Assembly (NCBI GenBank): GCA_031414535.1
Contig: JANNVQ010000049.1
Coordinates: forward strand, 32,001-96,000
Length of the DNA stretch: 64,000 bases
Source of the DNA: Gemmatimonas sp.
Lineage (GTDB): Bacteria; Gemmatimonadota; Gemmatimonadetes; Gemmatimonadales; Gemmatimonadaceae
Direction of reading: 5' to 3'
How positions within the stretch are numbered: the first letter of the stretch is position 1; every line of letters starts with the position of its first letter. The notes beneath the pieces are model-generated. The model was not told where the DNA came from, did no database searches, and saw nothing but the letters and a program-made list of their open reading frames with translations. The position numbers and the translations under genes were made by a program. Shown piece after piece: positions 1 through 9,999 of the stretch.

Positions 1-1
1 C

Positions 2-1015
2 TTCTCGGCGATTGTCGGGCAGGAAGAGATGAAGCGTGCGATCCTGCTCACCGCCGTTGACCCTACCATTGGTGGGGTGCTCATCCTCGGCCATCGCGGG
101 ACCGCCAAGTCCACCGCCGTCCGCGCCCTCCCGGCGCTGTTGCCGGCCATGCACGTCGTGCGCGGATGCCGCTACGGCTGCGATCCCGACGCCGGCAATC
201 GGCGCTGCGACGACTGCAAGGCACGCGAAGCCGCGGGCGAAAAGCTCAAGCACGACAAACATGCCGTGCCTGTCGTGGACCTCCCGCTCGGCGCCACCGA
301 GGACCGCGTCGTCGGTGCACTCGACCTTGAGCGAGCCCTCACGCGTGGCGAAAAGGCATACGAGCCTGGCCTGCTCGCGCGCGCCAACCGCGGCTACCTC
401 TATGTAGATGAGATCAATCTCCTCGAGGATCATCTCGTGGACCTGCTCCTCGACGTGGCGGCCACCGGCGAGAACGTCGTAGAGCGCGAAGGCATTTCCG
501 TGCGACACCCGGCGCGCTTCGTGCTCGTGGGCTCGGGCAATCCCGAAGAAGGCGATCTACGTCCGCAACTGCTCGACCGCTTTGGACTCTCCGTCGAAGT
601 CACCACCACCACCGATCTCGACGCCCGCGTAGAAGTCATCAAGCGCCGCGACGCGTTTGATCGCGACCCCGAGGGCTTCACGGCCAAGTGGGCGGACGCG
701 GACATGGAAGCGCGGAAAAAAATCGAACGCGCTCGCAAGAAGATGGAGCAGCTGAAGGTGCCAGACTCCATTCTGCGCGCTGCCGCACAACTGTGTTCGG
801 CCGTGGGCACCGATGGTGTGCGCGGAGAGCTCGCGCTCTTGCGTGGCGCTCGTGCACTCGCGGCCTTCGACGCTGCGAAGGCCGTCACCATCGATCACCT
901 CCGCACGATTGCCATCTCCGCACTCCGGCACCGTCTGCGTCGCAGCGTGCTCGACGACGTTGGCTCCAGCGTGCGCGTGGAGCGTGCAGTGACCGAGGTG
1001 TTGGGCGCCGCGTAG
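2..1015 (+). CDS. bchI: Magnesium chelatase ATPase subunit I (5' end lies before the window)
   Basis: Frame is open from base 2 (FSAIVGQEEMK...). Walker A GHRGTAKS, LPLGATEDRVVG, YVDEINLL, LRPQLLDRFG. Directly upstream of bchD. Confidence 0.96.
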   Translation, partial: FSAIVGQEEMKRAILLTAVDPTIGGVLILGHRGTAKSTAVRALPALLPAMHVVRGCRYGCDPDAGNRRCDDCKAREAAGEKLKHDKHAVPVVDLPLGATEDRVVGALDLERALTRGEKAYEPGLLARANRGYLYVDEINLLEDHLVDLLLDVAATGENVVEREGISVRHPARFVLVGSGNPEEGDLRPQLLDRFGLSVEVTTTTDLDARVEVIKRRDAFDRDPEGFTAKWADADMEARKKIERARKKMEQLKVPDSILRAAAQLCSAVGTDGVRGELALLRGARALAAFDAAKAVTIDHLRTIAISALRHRLRRSVLDDVGSSVRVERAVTEVLGAA

Positions 1016-2806
1016 ATGGAAGGCAACGCCAGCACTCCCGAACTCGCCACGCTCGATCTGCCCACGCGGATTGAGTTAAGTGCGGCCTTGCTCGCGCTCG
1101 ATCCTTGGGGATTGGGTGGCGCGGTGATTCGCGCGCCGCGCCACGATCTCGCCGAGGCATTTGTGGCGCGCGTGGCGGCACTGCTGCCGGTAGGGACACC
1201 GATGCGGCGACTCCCGCTGAGCATTCCCGACGACCGTCTGCTTGGCGGGCTCGATCTCGCGATGACGCTGGCGCTGGGGCGGCCGGTCGCCGAGCGCGGT
1301 CTGCTCGCCACGCTCGATGGCGGCGTGCTGGTGGTGCCAGCAGCGGAGCGCGTGGGTGCTGGACTCGCCGCGCGGCTCACGCAGATGATGGACACCGGCA
1401 CCGTGCCGTCGCGTGCGCCCGGCGCGCGCGACCTCGCCACGGCGCGAGTCTGCTTGCTCGCGGTGGACGAAGCGGACGTGGATGAGGAGCCCGTGCATCC
1501 CGCGCTCGCGGATCGCCTGACGTTTCGCGTGGACCTCGATGCTTCGCCTCTGATTGAACTCTTCAGGGCTGACGACATCGCGGCGGCGTTGCGCATGCTG
1601 CCTGAGGTGAGCGTGAGCGACGTCAATCTCGCGACCCTCGTAAGCACCGCTGACATGTTTGGTGTAGAGTCGTTGCGCGCGGTGCGCGCGGCGGTGCGCG
1701 TAGCGCGTGGATGCGCGGCGCTCGACGGACGCCGAGTCGTCGAAGCCCAAGATCTGGCCACCGCAGCCGCGCTGGTGCTTGGCCCTCGGGCAACGCGCTT
1801 GCCGGCTCCGCCTGCGGAACCCGAGAACTCTGCGGAGGAACCGCCGCCGCCCCCGCCATCCGATGAGCAGCAGGACAACAGCGACGACGCCGAAGACACG
1901 GACGTGCGTGAGCTTGAAGAACGCATCATCGAAGCGATGCAGGCCACGCTCCCAATGGGTTTGAGCATTGAGCCGCCCAAGCGTGCACCCAAGTCTGGCT
2001 CGGCCACTGGGCGCTCCGGTGCGGACCGCAGCGGCGGTGTGCGTGGACGGCAAGTGGGCACGCGGCGCGGTGATCCGCGCGGTGGCGGACGGCTCGACCT
2101 CGTAGAGACACTGCGCGCGGCGGCACCGTGGCAACCGATACGCCGCGCGGCCGCGGCTCATCGCGCTGAGGCCGGTACCTCGCCCGCCGCACCCCGCGTG
2201 TTGATCCAGGTGCGGCCTGACGATTTTCGTGTGCGCAAGCTTTTTGAACCGGCTGGCACTACGGCCATCTTCGTCGTTGATGCATCGGGATCTTCGGCAG
2301 TCAACAGGATGGCCGAGGCCAAGGGTGCGGTGGAGCTGCTGTTAGCCGAGAGCTACGCGCGGCGTGATGAAGTGGGACTGATTGCGTTTCGTGGTGCACA
2401 GGCGGAGATCTTGCTGCAGCCCACGCGTGCGATTGCCGCCGCCAAGCGTGCCCTCGCGGCGCTGCCTGGTGGTGGTGGCACGCCACTCGCGTCGGCCATT
2501 GACCGCGCGGTGGAGCTCACCATGCGGGCGCGGCGCGAGGGCAACGACACCGTGGTCGTGTTCCTCACCGACGCGCGCGCGAACGTTGCGCGTGATGGCA
2601 GCGGCGGGCGCGAAGCAGCCATGCGCGACGCCCTGCAATCGGCCAAGGTGCTCCGCGCGATGGAAGGCACCACACTGTTGATCGATACCTCGCCGCGCGC
2701 ATCGCAGCTTGCCCAGGATGTGGCGGCGGCCATGGGAGCGCGCTACGTCGCGCTCCCGCGAACCGACGCCCGAAGCATTCATGCCGCGGTGATTGGCGCT
2801 CGATGA
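1016..2806 (+). CDS. bchD: Magnesium chelatase subunit D
   Basis: Degenerate AAA N-terminus, Pro/acidic linker (PPPPPPSDEQQDNSDD), C-terminal VWA with MIDAS DASGSS, GGGTPL and TDARAN. Confidence 0.95.
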   Translation: MEGNASTPELATLDLPTRIELSAALLALDPWGLGGAVIRAPRHDLAEAFVARVAALLPVGTPMRRLPLSIPDDRLLGGLDLAMTLALGRPVAERGLLATLDGGVLVVPAAERVGAGLAARLTQMMDTGTVPSRAPGARDLATARVCLLAVDEADVDEEPVHPALADRLTFRVDLDASPLIELFRADDIAAALRMLPEVSVSDVNLATLVSTADMFGVESLRAVRAAVRVARGCAALDGRRVVEAQDLATAAALVLGPRATRLPAPPAEPENSAEEPPPPPPSDEQQDNSDDAEDTDVRELEERIIEAMQATLPMGLSIEPPKRAPKSGSATGRSGADRSGGVRGRQVGTRRGDPRGGGRLDLVETLRAAAPWQPIRRAAAAHRAEAGTSPAAPRVLIQVRPDDFRVRKLFEPAGTTAIFVVDASGSSAVNRMAEAKGAVELLLAESYARRDEVGLIAFRGAQAEILLQPTRAIAAAKRALAALPGGGGTPLASAIDRAVELTMRARREGNDTVVVFLTDARANVARDGSGGREAAMRDALQSAKVLRAMEGTTLLIDTSPRASQLAQDVAAAMGARYVALPRTDARSIHAAVIGAR

Positions 2807-3561
2807 GGGAACTCATTTGGCGCGGCATCGTGCAGGTGGTGCTGTTCTGGTGGGTTGCCACCGGGCTCATCATTGCCATGCAGCGTAGCGGACCCACACG
2901 CGTTGCCGCGTTGATTGTGGCCACGGCACTCGCGGTGTTCGGTTTCTGGGAGCTCCGCGCATCTGCCAACGACGACTCGGCACTTGGCGCGCGCCGCAGC
3001 TTCTTTGGCGGCGCACTGCTCTGGGGCTGGGTGTCGGTCACCTTTTATGGTGGCTATCTCACTGGCTTCCAGATTGATGCGCTTGGCGTTCAGGCACCCT
3101 CGCTCGCCCTCGTGTTGCCAGCCATTCGGGCCACACTGCTCAGCGACTTCGCGGCGCTGCTCCTGATGGGTGCGGTGGCCCTGTGGCTACACGGCGATCG
3201 CAACAAGACGGGCCTCTGGGGCCTGCTGATTTTCTGGGGAGTGCAGCAAGTGGCTAAGCTCAATGTGTTTCTTGGCGTGGAGAATCCGGCGGGCAACTTC
3301 TTGCCGCCGCACCTCGCGTACCTGCGACAGTTCTTTGGACCGCTCGTGAACTCACCCTTCCTGGCCGTGAGCATCGCACTCTTGAGCGTGCTCACGCTTG
3401 TGGAAGGCTGGCGTGTGCGCAGCGCGGGAACAGAGTGCAAGCGCCAAGCCGGCGTGCTCTATGCGACGATTCTTGGACTCGCGGTGCTGGAGATTATCGT
3501 CCTCGGCATCCCGCTGGAGACTACGCCTTGGGACAGCTTCTTGAGGGCGAGGGGACACTGA
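2803..3561 (+). CDS. puhE: Putative photosynthetic complex assembly protein PuhE (DUF3623)
   Basis: Multi-TM protein with WWVATGLI and AKLNVFLGVENP..FLPPHLAYL motifs. ATGA overlap with bchD. Confidence 0.88.
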   Translation: MRELIWRGIVQVVLFWWVATGLIIAMQRSGPTRVAALIVATALAVFGFWELRASANDDSALGARRSFFGGALLWGWVSVTFYGGYLTGFQIDALGVQAPSLALVLPAIRATLLSDFAALLLMGAVALWLHGDRNKTGLWGLLIFWGVQQVAKLNVFLGVENPAGNFLPPHLAYLRQFFGPLVNSPFLAVSIALLSVLTLVEGWRVRSAGTECKRQAGVLYATILGLAVLEIIVLGIPLETTPWDSFLRARGH

Positions 3562-3564
3562 ACT

Positions 3565-3635
3565 AGGACGGATGACGGATGACGGATGACGGACGACGGA
3601 CGATGTCAGAGCATCCATCTTCCGTCATCCGTCCT
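3565..3635. repeat. (GACGGAT)n tandem heptamer with inverted (ATCCGTC)n arm; hairpin between convergent genes
   Basis: aggacggatgacggatgacggatgacggacgacgga...gcatccatcttccgtcatccgtcct. Confidence 0.9.
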
Positions 3636-3636
3636 G

Positions 3637-3963
3637 TTAGCGCACCCCGCCCAGCTTTAGCGATGCCCGCCGCACCTTCTGCTCCTCCTCAATCCGCCCG
3701 CACATCACGTCGCAGAGCATGAACACATCATCGCTCGCGATGGCGTAGTACACGAAGGTGCCTTCCTTGCGGCGTGAGAGATACCCGCAAGACACCAACT
3801 GCTGTAGATGCTTAGAGACGTTCGCCTGGCCGAGCCCGGTGATCTCCACCAATTCGGTCACCGAGCGCTCGCCGCTACGCAGCGCTTGTAGCAATTGCAG
3901 GCGCGCCGGTTCGCCCAGTGCCTTGAATCGCTCGGCGACTTCTCCTATCAGAGCTGGAGACAT
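3637..3963 (-). CDS. ArsR/SmtB-family transcriptional regulator, possibly sulfur/persulfide sensing
   Basis: FKALGEPARLQLL, GLGQANVSKHL wHTH, C-terminal CDVMC. Start moved to the ATG downstream of the upstream gene's stop. Confidence 0.88.
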   Translation of the reverse strand: MSPALIGEVAERFKALGEPARLQLLQALRSGERSVTELVEITGLGQANVSKHLQQLVSCGYLSRRKEGTFVYYAIASDDVFMLCDVMCGRIEEEQKVRRASLKLGGVR

Positions 3964-3979
3964 CACGCGCGCGGGCACA

Positions 3980-5416
3980 TTACACCTCAGCCGTTGCGGC
4001 GTCGCGCACGACTTCGTGGCCCGCGGATTGCCATGCCGCATAGCCACCCACGAGATCAGTCACATCGCTGACGCCAAGCTTGAGCAGTACTGAGGTCGCA
4101 ATCGCCGAACGCGCACCGCTCTGGCACTGCACGATGATCGGCTTGTCGCGCGGGATCTCGGCGAGTCGCTCTGGCAGATAGCCCACCGGGATGTGCAGCG
4201 AACCTGGCAAATGCCCCGCCTCATATTCCGTCGCGTTCCGTACATCAATCACAGTGACGTCGCCGCGCGCGAGGCGCGGCGCGAGCGTGGCGACTTCCAT
4301 CTTGGCCACGGTCTCGAGCGCCTTGCCCGCCGTTTCCCACTCGCCAATCACGTGCACGTCGTACCAGGCGGCCACGTGATCCAAGCCAATCATCGCGAGC
4401 TCGCGCACAGCCTTCACTACCTCGGCTTCACTGCCAATCAGGTGAATACGCTGCGTGTACTTCACCAACCAGCCTGCCCACGTGGAGAAGCTCTTGTTGA
4501 GCGGAATGTTGATGCTGCCTGGAATGTGGCCCTTGGCAAACTCTAGGGCCGGACGCAAATCCAGCACCGCATCGCCACTGGAAAGCGCCACGCCGAGCGA
4601 CTCGCGCGCGCCCTTGGCCGGCTTGGTGAATCCGCCAAGAATGGGCGGCCCATCACGATTGATGCGCTTCATCTCGGCGAAGTACAGCGGAGGTTCCGGC
4701 TGGCCCGCGAGCACCATGTCCACAAAGTCCTGCTCCTTGGTGGTGCCAACGCCCCAGTTGAAACGCTTCTCGTAGCCCACCGTGCTCGTGGGCACGGCGC
4801 CCAGCGACTTGCCGCAGGCAGAGCCCGCACCGTGGCCAGGCCACACCTGAATGAAGTCCGGCAGCGCACGAAAGCGTTCTAACGAATGGAACAGTGTGCG
4901 TGCGCCGTCTTCCATGGTGTTCGCAACCTTCGCGGCCTTCTCCAAGAGATCAGGACGGCCCACATCGCCGACGAATACGAAGTCACCGGTGGCGATGCCC
5001 ATCGGCTCGCTGGCACCAGCGGTATCCGTGACGAGGAATGAGATGTGCTCCGGCGTGTGCCCCGGCGTGTGCATCACCTCGAGGCGAATGTTGCCCACCT
5101 TGATCACATCGCCATTGCGGACGAGCGTGGCACCGTCGCTTTCTGCAAATGCGTACTGCCAATCTTTTCCGCCCTCGGCGGAGAGATACAGTTTGGCGCC
5201 CGTGCGCTTCGCTAGTTCACGCGAACCCGACACATAGTCGGCGTGAATGTGCGTCTCGGTCACGTGCGTGACGGTCAGCTTTTCGGCGACGGCTGCATCT
5301 ATGTATTGCTGCACATCGCGATTGGGATCAATTACAATCGCTTCGCCGGTGACGGCACATCCAATGAGGTAAGACGCCTGTGCGAGGCCGTCGTCGTAGA
5401 AACGCTTGAGGAACAT
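3980..5416 (-). CDS. MBL-fold persulfide dioxygenase fused to two rhodanese domains (CstB-like)
   Basis: THIHADY, HTPGHTPEH, PGHGAGSACGK; C-terminal rhodanese active site CQSGARS. Confidence 0.88.
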   Translation of the reverse strand: MFLKRFYDDGLAQASYLIGCAVTGEAIVIDPNRDVQQYIDAAVAEKLTVTHVTETHIHADYVSGSRELAKRTGAKLYLSAEGGKDWQYAFAESDGATLVRNGDVIKVGNIRLEVMHTPGHTPEHISFLVTDTAGASEPMGIATGDFVFVGDVGRPDLLEKAAKVANTMEDGARTLFHSLERFRALPDFIQVWPGHGAGSACGKSLGAVPTSTVGYEKRFNWGVGTTKEQDFVDMVLAGQPEPPLYFAEMKRINRDGPPILGGFTKPAKGARESLGVALSSGDAVLDLRPALEFAKGHIPGSINIPLNKSFSTWAGWLVKYTQRIHLIGSEAEVVKAVRELAMIGLDHVAAWYDVHVIGEWETAGKALETVAKMEVATLAPRLARGDVTVIDVRNATEYEAGHLPGSLHIPVGYLPERLAEIPRDKPIIVQCQSGARSAIATSVLLKLGVSDVTDLVGGYAAWQSAGHEVVRDAATAEV

Positions 5417-5419
5417 GAT

Positions 5420-6160
5420 TTAGCTCCGAAGCAGAGTGAACAGTGAGACCACCACCAGCAGCACCGCGAAGGCGCGCTTGAGAGTGGCTTGAGGAACGCG
5501 GGGCAGCAGCGCCGTACCAGCGAGAATGCCGAGTGCCGCGAGCGTGCCAAACATCCAGACGAGATTCCACGGCACGACGACGGTGCCGAGGTAGCCGATG
5601 TAGCCGGCAAGCGTGTTCATCGCGATGACCACGAGCGAGGTGCCCACTGCGGCGCGCATCGGCACCTTGGCAAGCAGCACCAGCGCCGGCACCAACAAGA
5701 ACCCGCCTCCGATGCCCACGACTCCGGTGAGCACGCCGGTGAGCATGCCTACGCCGAGTACCATTGGGCTCAGCTTGCGGGTTGAATCAATTGGGGCATC
5801 TGTTGCATTGGCACTGCGAAACATCGAGAACGACGCACCGAGCATGAGCACCGCGAGAATCACAAGCTGCGTGCGCCCCGTGAGGAAGGCCGCGAGCTTG
5901 GCCCCGCCAAAGGCGCCCGCCATTGCGGCAATGCCAAACGGAATGGCCGTGCGCAGGTCCACGTTGCCTGCTCGCCAGTGCCGCGCGACGCCGACGAGAG
6001 CCACGCCTCCAACAATCGGCAGGCTCATCACAATGGCGACCTTGGGATCTTGCTTGAGGGCAAAGACCATAATCGGCACCGTCAGAATGGACCCACCCGC
6101 CCCGAGGAGCCCAAATACGAGCCCCACGGCGAGAGCAAGGACGACGGCGAAAGGAGTCAT
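5420..6160 (-). CDS. TauE/SafE-family sulfite exporter
   Basis: Duplicated GLLGAGGSILTVP / GVVGIGGGFLLVP motifs, AVGTSL, multi-TM. Confidence 0.9.
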   Translation of the reverse strand: MTPFAVVLALAVGLVFGLLGAGGSILTVPIMVFALKQDPKVAIVMSLPIVGGVALVGVARHWRAGNVDLRTAIPFGIAAMAGAFGGAKLAAFLTGRTQLVILAVLMLGASFSMFRSANATDAPIDSTRKLSPMVLGVGMLTGVLTGVVGIGGGFLLVPALVLLAKVPMRAAVGTSLVVIAMNTLAGYIGYLGTVVVPWNLVWMFGTLAALGILAGTALLPRVPQATLKRAFAVLLVVVSLFTLLRS

Positions 6161-6218
6161 ATATAACTACATAGTAATATCATATTACCAAGGAGGGCAA
6201 GGGTTCATATTTCAGTGA

Positions 6219-7067
6219 ATGCTCCCCTTGCTCCCCTTGCTCCCCTTGCTCCCATTAGTCCCCGCCTCCGCCGGTCTCGCCGTCATCACCGCGCACCTCC
6301 TCGTGCTCGGTCTCATCGTCGCGGGCGTGGTGATGCTCAGCCTCTGGCTCGTGCATCGCCTCACGCGCAATGCCTCCTGGGTGGATGTGGGCTGGGCCGG
6401 CACCTTGGGCCTGCTCGCCATCGCCTACGCCATCGCGGCGCCTGGCTACCTGCCAAGGCGCATCCTCGTGAGTTCCATAGTCGCGCTCTGGTCGGCGCGG
6501 CTCACACTGCACCTCGCCACGCGGGTACTCGCCGAACCGGAAGATCCGCGTTACGCCGAAATGCGCGCGCGCTGGGGCGGGAACTTGCCGCTCAAGTTCT
6601 TTGTGCTTTTTGTGGGCCAAGGATTCTTGGACGTGCTACTGGCGCTGCCCTTTCTCTTTGCAGCGATTGACCCCACCGCGCGCATTCACGCCGTCACTTG
6701 GCTCGGAGCCGCCATCGCGCTCGTCGGCATGATTGGCGAGGGCACGGCCGATGCGCAGTTGCGTGGCTTCAAGCGCAACCCCGCCAACAAGGGCCAAGTC
6801 TGCCGCGTGGGGCTCTGGGGCTGGTCGCGGCATCCCAACTACTTCTTTGATTGGCTGGTGTGGTGCGGTTTTGCGCTCCTTGGCATCGCCTCGCCGCTGG
6901 GTTGGACGGGGCTCCTTGGGCCTGCGCTCATGCTCTACTTCCTCACGCGAGTCACGGGCATCGCGGCCACCGAGGCGCACGCGCTCCAATCGCGCGGCGA
7001 CGCCTACCGTCAGTACCAGCGCGAGGTGAGTGCATTTGTGCCGCTACCGCCGCGCCGAGTGGGGTAA
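6219..7067 (+). CDS. DUF1295 / steroid 5-alpha-reductase-like membrane protein
   Basis: EDPRY, ADAQLRGFK, GLWGWSRHPNYF, YRQYQREVSAFVP. N-terminus is encoded by a 9-bp tandem repeat (6221-6253). Confidence 0.85.
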   Translation: MLPLLPLLPLLPLVPASAGLAVITAHLLVLGLIVAGVVMLSLWLVHRLTRNASWVDVGWAGTLGLLAIAYAIAAPGYLPRRILVSSIVALWSARLTLHLATRVLAEPEDPRYAEMRARWGGNLPLKFFVLFVGQGFLDVLLALPFLFAAIDPTARIHAVTWLGAAIALVGMIGEGTADAQLRGFKRNPANKGQVCRVGLWGWSRHPNYFFDWLVWCGFALLGIASPLGWTGLLGPALMLYFLTRVTGIAATEAHALQSRGDAYRQYQREVSAFVPLPPRRVG

Positions 7068-7075
7068 ATTGTAAG

Positions 7076-7639
7076 ATGAGACTCGCAATTATTGCCGTGG
7101 CCTCGCTCGTGCTCGTGGGCTGCAGCGGCCAACTCGAGCGTGGCGTTGTCATTCAGGATGCCGATCCCGCGCCGGCGCTCGCCTTCACAGCAGCAAACGG
7201 CGAGCGATTTAATCTCGCGTCAGAAAAGGGCAAGGTGGTGTTGGTGTACTTCGGGTACACGCATTGTCCAGACGTTTGCCCTACCACGCTCTCAGATTGG
7301 GCCCGCGCAAAGCGCGCGCTTGGTGCGGACACTACAAACCTGCGCTTCGTGTTCGTGAGCATGGACCCGGACCGCGACACGCCGGCCCTCACGCAGTCGT
7401 ATGCCAAGCAGTTTGACCCCAGCTTCGTGGGCGTCACCGGCACGGAGATGGAACTCGAGGCCCTCAAGAAGCGCTGGAGCATTGCAGCGTATCCCGAGGG
7501 CGATCCACGTAGCGGCATCTACACGGTCGCTCATCCAGCGCGCACCTTCGTCGTGGACCGGCAGGGCCGGCTCCGCGTGCTCTTTGAACCGGGAGTCAGT
7601 GGTGAAGAACTCGCGAAGGACCTTCGCAAGTTGCTGTAG
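7076..7639 (+). CDS. SCO1/SenC copper chaperone lipoprotein
   Basis: Lipobox LVGC, FGYTHCPDVCP, DPDRD, conserved His in YTVAH. Start reassigned to ATG 7076. Confidence 0.92.
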   Translation: MRLAIIAVASLVLVGCSGQLERGVVIQDADPAPALAFTAANGERFNLASEKGKVVLVYFGYTHCPDVCPTTLSDWARAKRALGADTTNLRFVFVSMDPDRDTPALTQSYAKQFDPSFVGVTGTEMELEALKKRWSIAAYPEGDPRSGIYTVAHPARTFVVDRQGRLRVLFEPGVSGEELAKDLRKLL

Positions 7640-8078
7640 TCTTGTTTGGGCCGCATTCCTGGCCGCCTTCTTGGGCGCCGGCTGCGCCAACAAGGAAGAA
7701 GCGGCGCCCGCCAGCAACTCGCTCGAGGTGCGGAGTGCTTGGGCGCGCCCGGCAGATAGCGGCGCAACCTCAGCGGTGTACTTCGTACTCGGCAACGACG
7801 GTCAATCCTCCGACACCCTCACCGGTGTGGAGAGTTCCGGACTCGCGGATGCAACCGGAATGCACGTCTCCACGCAGCACAACGGTATGATGCACATGTC
7901 GGAAGTGACCTCCTTGCCCGTGCCCGGTGACGACAGCGTGGCGTTTCGTCCGCTGGGCGCGCACGTGATGCTCACGGGCCTGCAGCGCCCGCTCAACGTG
8001 GGCGATTCGCTCAGCATCACCCTCCGCTTCATTTCAGGGCGGTCCGTGGAGGTACGCGCCGGTGTCCGACAGCCGTAA
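7602..8078 (+). CDS. PCu(A)C copper chaperone lipoprotein
   Basis: AWARP, SAVYF, H...GMMHM, FRPLGAHVML. GTG start after GGGAG. Confidence 0.88.
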   Translation: MKNSRRTFASCCSLVWAAFLAAFLGAGCANKEEAAPASNSLEVRSAWARPADSGATSAVYFVLGNDGQSSDTLTGVESSGLADATGMHVSTQHNGMMHMSEVTSLPVPGDDSVAFRPLGAHVMLTGLQRPLNVGDSLSITLRFISGRSVEVRAGVRQP

Positions 8079-8445
8079 CCTGACTCCTAGCTTGAGTCGT
8101 AGCCTGCGTCGTAGCCTGCGTCGTAGCCTTAGCGCTGGGATAGTCGTCCTAGGAGTAGCGGCGCTCACGTGGTGGACTTGGCCGCGCCCTGCGGTGACGA
8201 TTCAAATCGCTCGTGGGGGGATTGCCACCGTGAACGGGGTCGTGTTGCCGGAGACGCTCTTCATCAAGGCGCGCGGACGCAGCACGGTGATCCGAGTGGT
8301 GAATGGCGACTCGACTCGGCATCAACTGGCGCTCTTTGGTGCTGCCGCCGGTGAGACTCGCGACTACACCATCCCGTATCCGGGTATATATGGTGGCGTC
8401 TGCTCCACACATCCAAGCGGCAACCTGACCTATATCGTGCAATGA
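8062..8445 (+). CDS. Small membrane-anchored cupredoxin-like protein
   Basis: TM helix, then NGDSTRH and YGGVCSTHP motifs. Downstream of SCO/PCuAC. Start uncertain; 12-bp tandem repeat at 8096-8128. Confidence 0.55.
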   Translation: MSDSRNLTPSLSRSLRRSLRRSLSAGIVVLGVAALTWWTWPRPAVTIQIARGGIATVNGVVLPETLFIKARGRSTVIRVVNGDSTRHQLALFGAAAGETRDYTIPYPGIYGGVCSTHPSGNLTYIVQ

Positions 8446-9959
8446 TGCGTTCACTCCTTCTCCTCGCCCTCTTCCTCTTCGCGTCCGCTCCGGCGGTTGC
8501 GCAAGAAGTGCAGGAGGCCTGCGAGCAGGAGGATGCGAGTTGCGTGCCGCCACCGGTCGCGCGCGAGTTTCGCGGGCTCTGGATTGCCTCGGTCGGCAAC
8601 ATTGATTGGCCCTCGCGCCCTGGCCTCTCTCCAGACTCGGCGCGTCGCGAGCTCACGCGCCTGCTCGACCGCGCGCGCGCGAGCGGACTGAACGCCGTCA
8701 TTTTCCAAGTGCGTCCGCAGGGCGATGCGCTGTACGCCAGCGAGCTTGAGCCTTGGTCGGAATTTCTTACGGGCCAAGAGGGTGTGGCACCCAACCCTTG
8801 GTGGGACCCCCTGCGCTTCGCGGTAGATGAAGCGCACAAGCGCGGCCTCGAGCTTCACGCGTGGTTCAACCCCTACCGCGCGCGGCATACGAGTGCCCGG
8901 AGCGTGCACTCGCCCGGCCACATGCGCCTCGCGCGACCCTCATTGGTGCGTCAGTACGGCACGCAGGAGTGGATGGATCCCGGTGAGCTCGCCGTGCGCC
9001 AGCACACCATCCGCGTCGTCGTTGATGTCGTGAAGCGCTACGACATTGATGGCGTGCACATTGACGACTATTTCTATCCGTACAAGGAGCGCGACCGTCG
9101 CGGGCGCGTGATTGACTTCCCCGACGAGCGCAGCTTCCAGCGCTACCAGGGCAGCGGTGGCACGCTCAACCGCGACGATTGGCGCCGCGACAACGTGAAC
9201 ACGCTCGTGCGTGAACTCTACGAACGCATCCACGCCGAGAAGCCTTGGGTGAAGTTTGGCGTCTCGCCGTTTGGTATTTGGCGCCCCGGGTTCCCGCAGC
9301 AGGTAGTCGGCTTTGACGCCTACAGCGAACTCTACGCCGACGCGCGCAAATGGCTGCAGGAAGGGTGGCTCGACTACTTCTCTCCGCAGCTCTACTGGCC
9401 TGTGCAGCAGCGTGGCCAGGAGTATCCAGTGTTATTGCGCTGGTGGTCGGAGCAAAACGCCTTTGGTCGTCACCTCTGGCCCGGCAATTATACGAGTAAG
9501 GTGGGCGAGACCTCGCGCACGGCGTGGCGCACGAATGAGATTGAGCACCAGATTCGCGTGACGCGCGCCGAGGCCGGTGCCAGCGGTAACGTGCACTTCT
9601 CGGCGAAGGTCTTTTTGGAAGATCGCGATTCGCTGGCCACGCGCCTGCAGCGCAACGTGTACGATGTGACCGCACTCGTCCCCGCATCACCGTGGATGCG
9701 CGTGGTGCGTCAGGCCGCACCGACGGTTGAGCTTCGTCGTGCCGCGAGTGGCGTGCTCACGGCGCGGCTCACGGCATCGCCCGAGACGCCGCGTTGGTGG
9801 CTCGTGCAGACACGCCGCGGTGACGGCACGTGGGAGAGCACCGTGCTGCGGGGCAACGCCAGTGAGATCATCGTGCCGGCTTCGACGGACCGCCTCGCAG
9901 TACGGGCCCTCGATCATGCGTCGATCGAAGGCCCGTCTGTGGTACTTCGCCTGCGCTAA
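8442..9959 (+). CDS. Glycoside hydrolase-like 10 (DUF187/YddW family), secreted
   Basis: REFRGLWIASV.NIDWPS, ELHAWFNPYR, YDIDGVHIDDYFYPY, KFGVSPFGIW. Confidence 0.9.
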   Translation: MMRSLLLLALFLFASAPAVAQEVQEACEQEDASCVPPPVAREFRGLWIASVGNIDWPSRPGLSPDSARRELTRLLDRARASGLNAVIFQVRPQGDALYASELEPWSEFLTGQEGVAPNPWWDPLRFAVDEAHKRGLELHAWFNPYRARHTSARSVHSPGHMRLARPSLVRQYGTQEWMDPGELAVRQHTIRVVVDVVKRYDIDGVHIDDYFYPYKERDRRGRVIDFPDERSFQRYQGSGGTLNRDDWRRDNVNTLVRELYERIHAEKPWVKFGVSPFGIWRPGFPQQVVGFDAYSELYADARKWLQEGWLDYFSPQLYWPVQQRGQEYPVLLRWWSEQNAFGRHLWPGNYTSKVGETSRTAWRTNEIEHQIRVTRAEAGASGNVHFSAKVFLEDRDSLATRLQRNVYDVTALVPASPWMRVVRQAAPTVELRRAASGVLTARLTASPETPRWWLVQTRRGDGTWESTVLRGNASEIIVPASTDRLAVRALDHASIEGPSVVLRLR

Positions 9960-9999
9960 GTCGCCGCGTTAGTCGCCGCGTTAGGCGCAGCGTGAAAGC

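Noticed and set aside
3565..3635. Repeats considered as a CRISPR array
   Set aside because: 7-bp tandem units with no unique spacers, and no cas operon; the Cas4-like DUF2779 gene has no array nearby.
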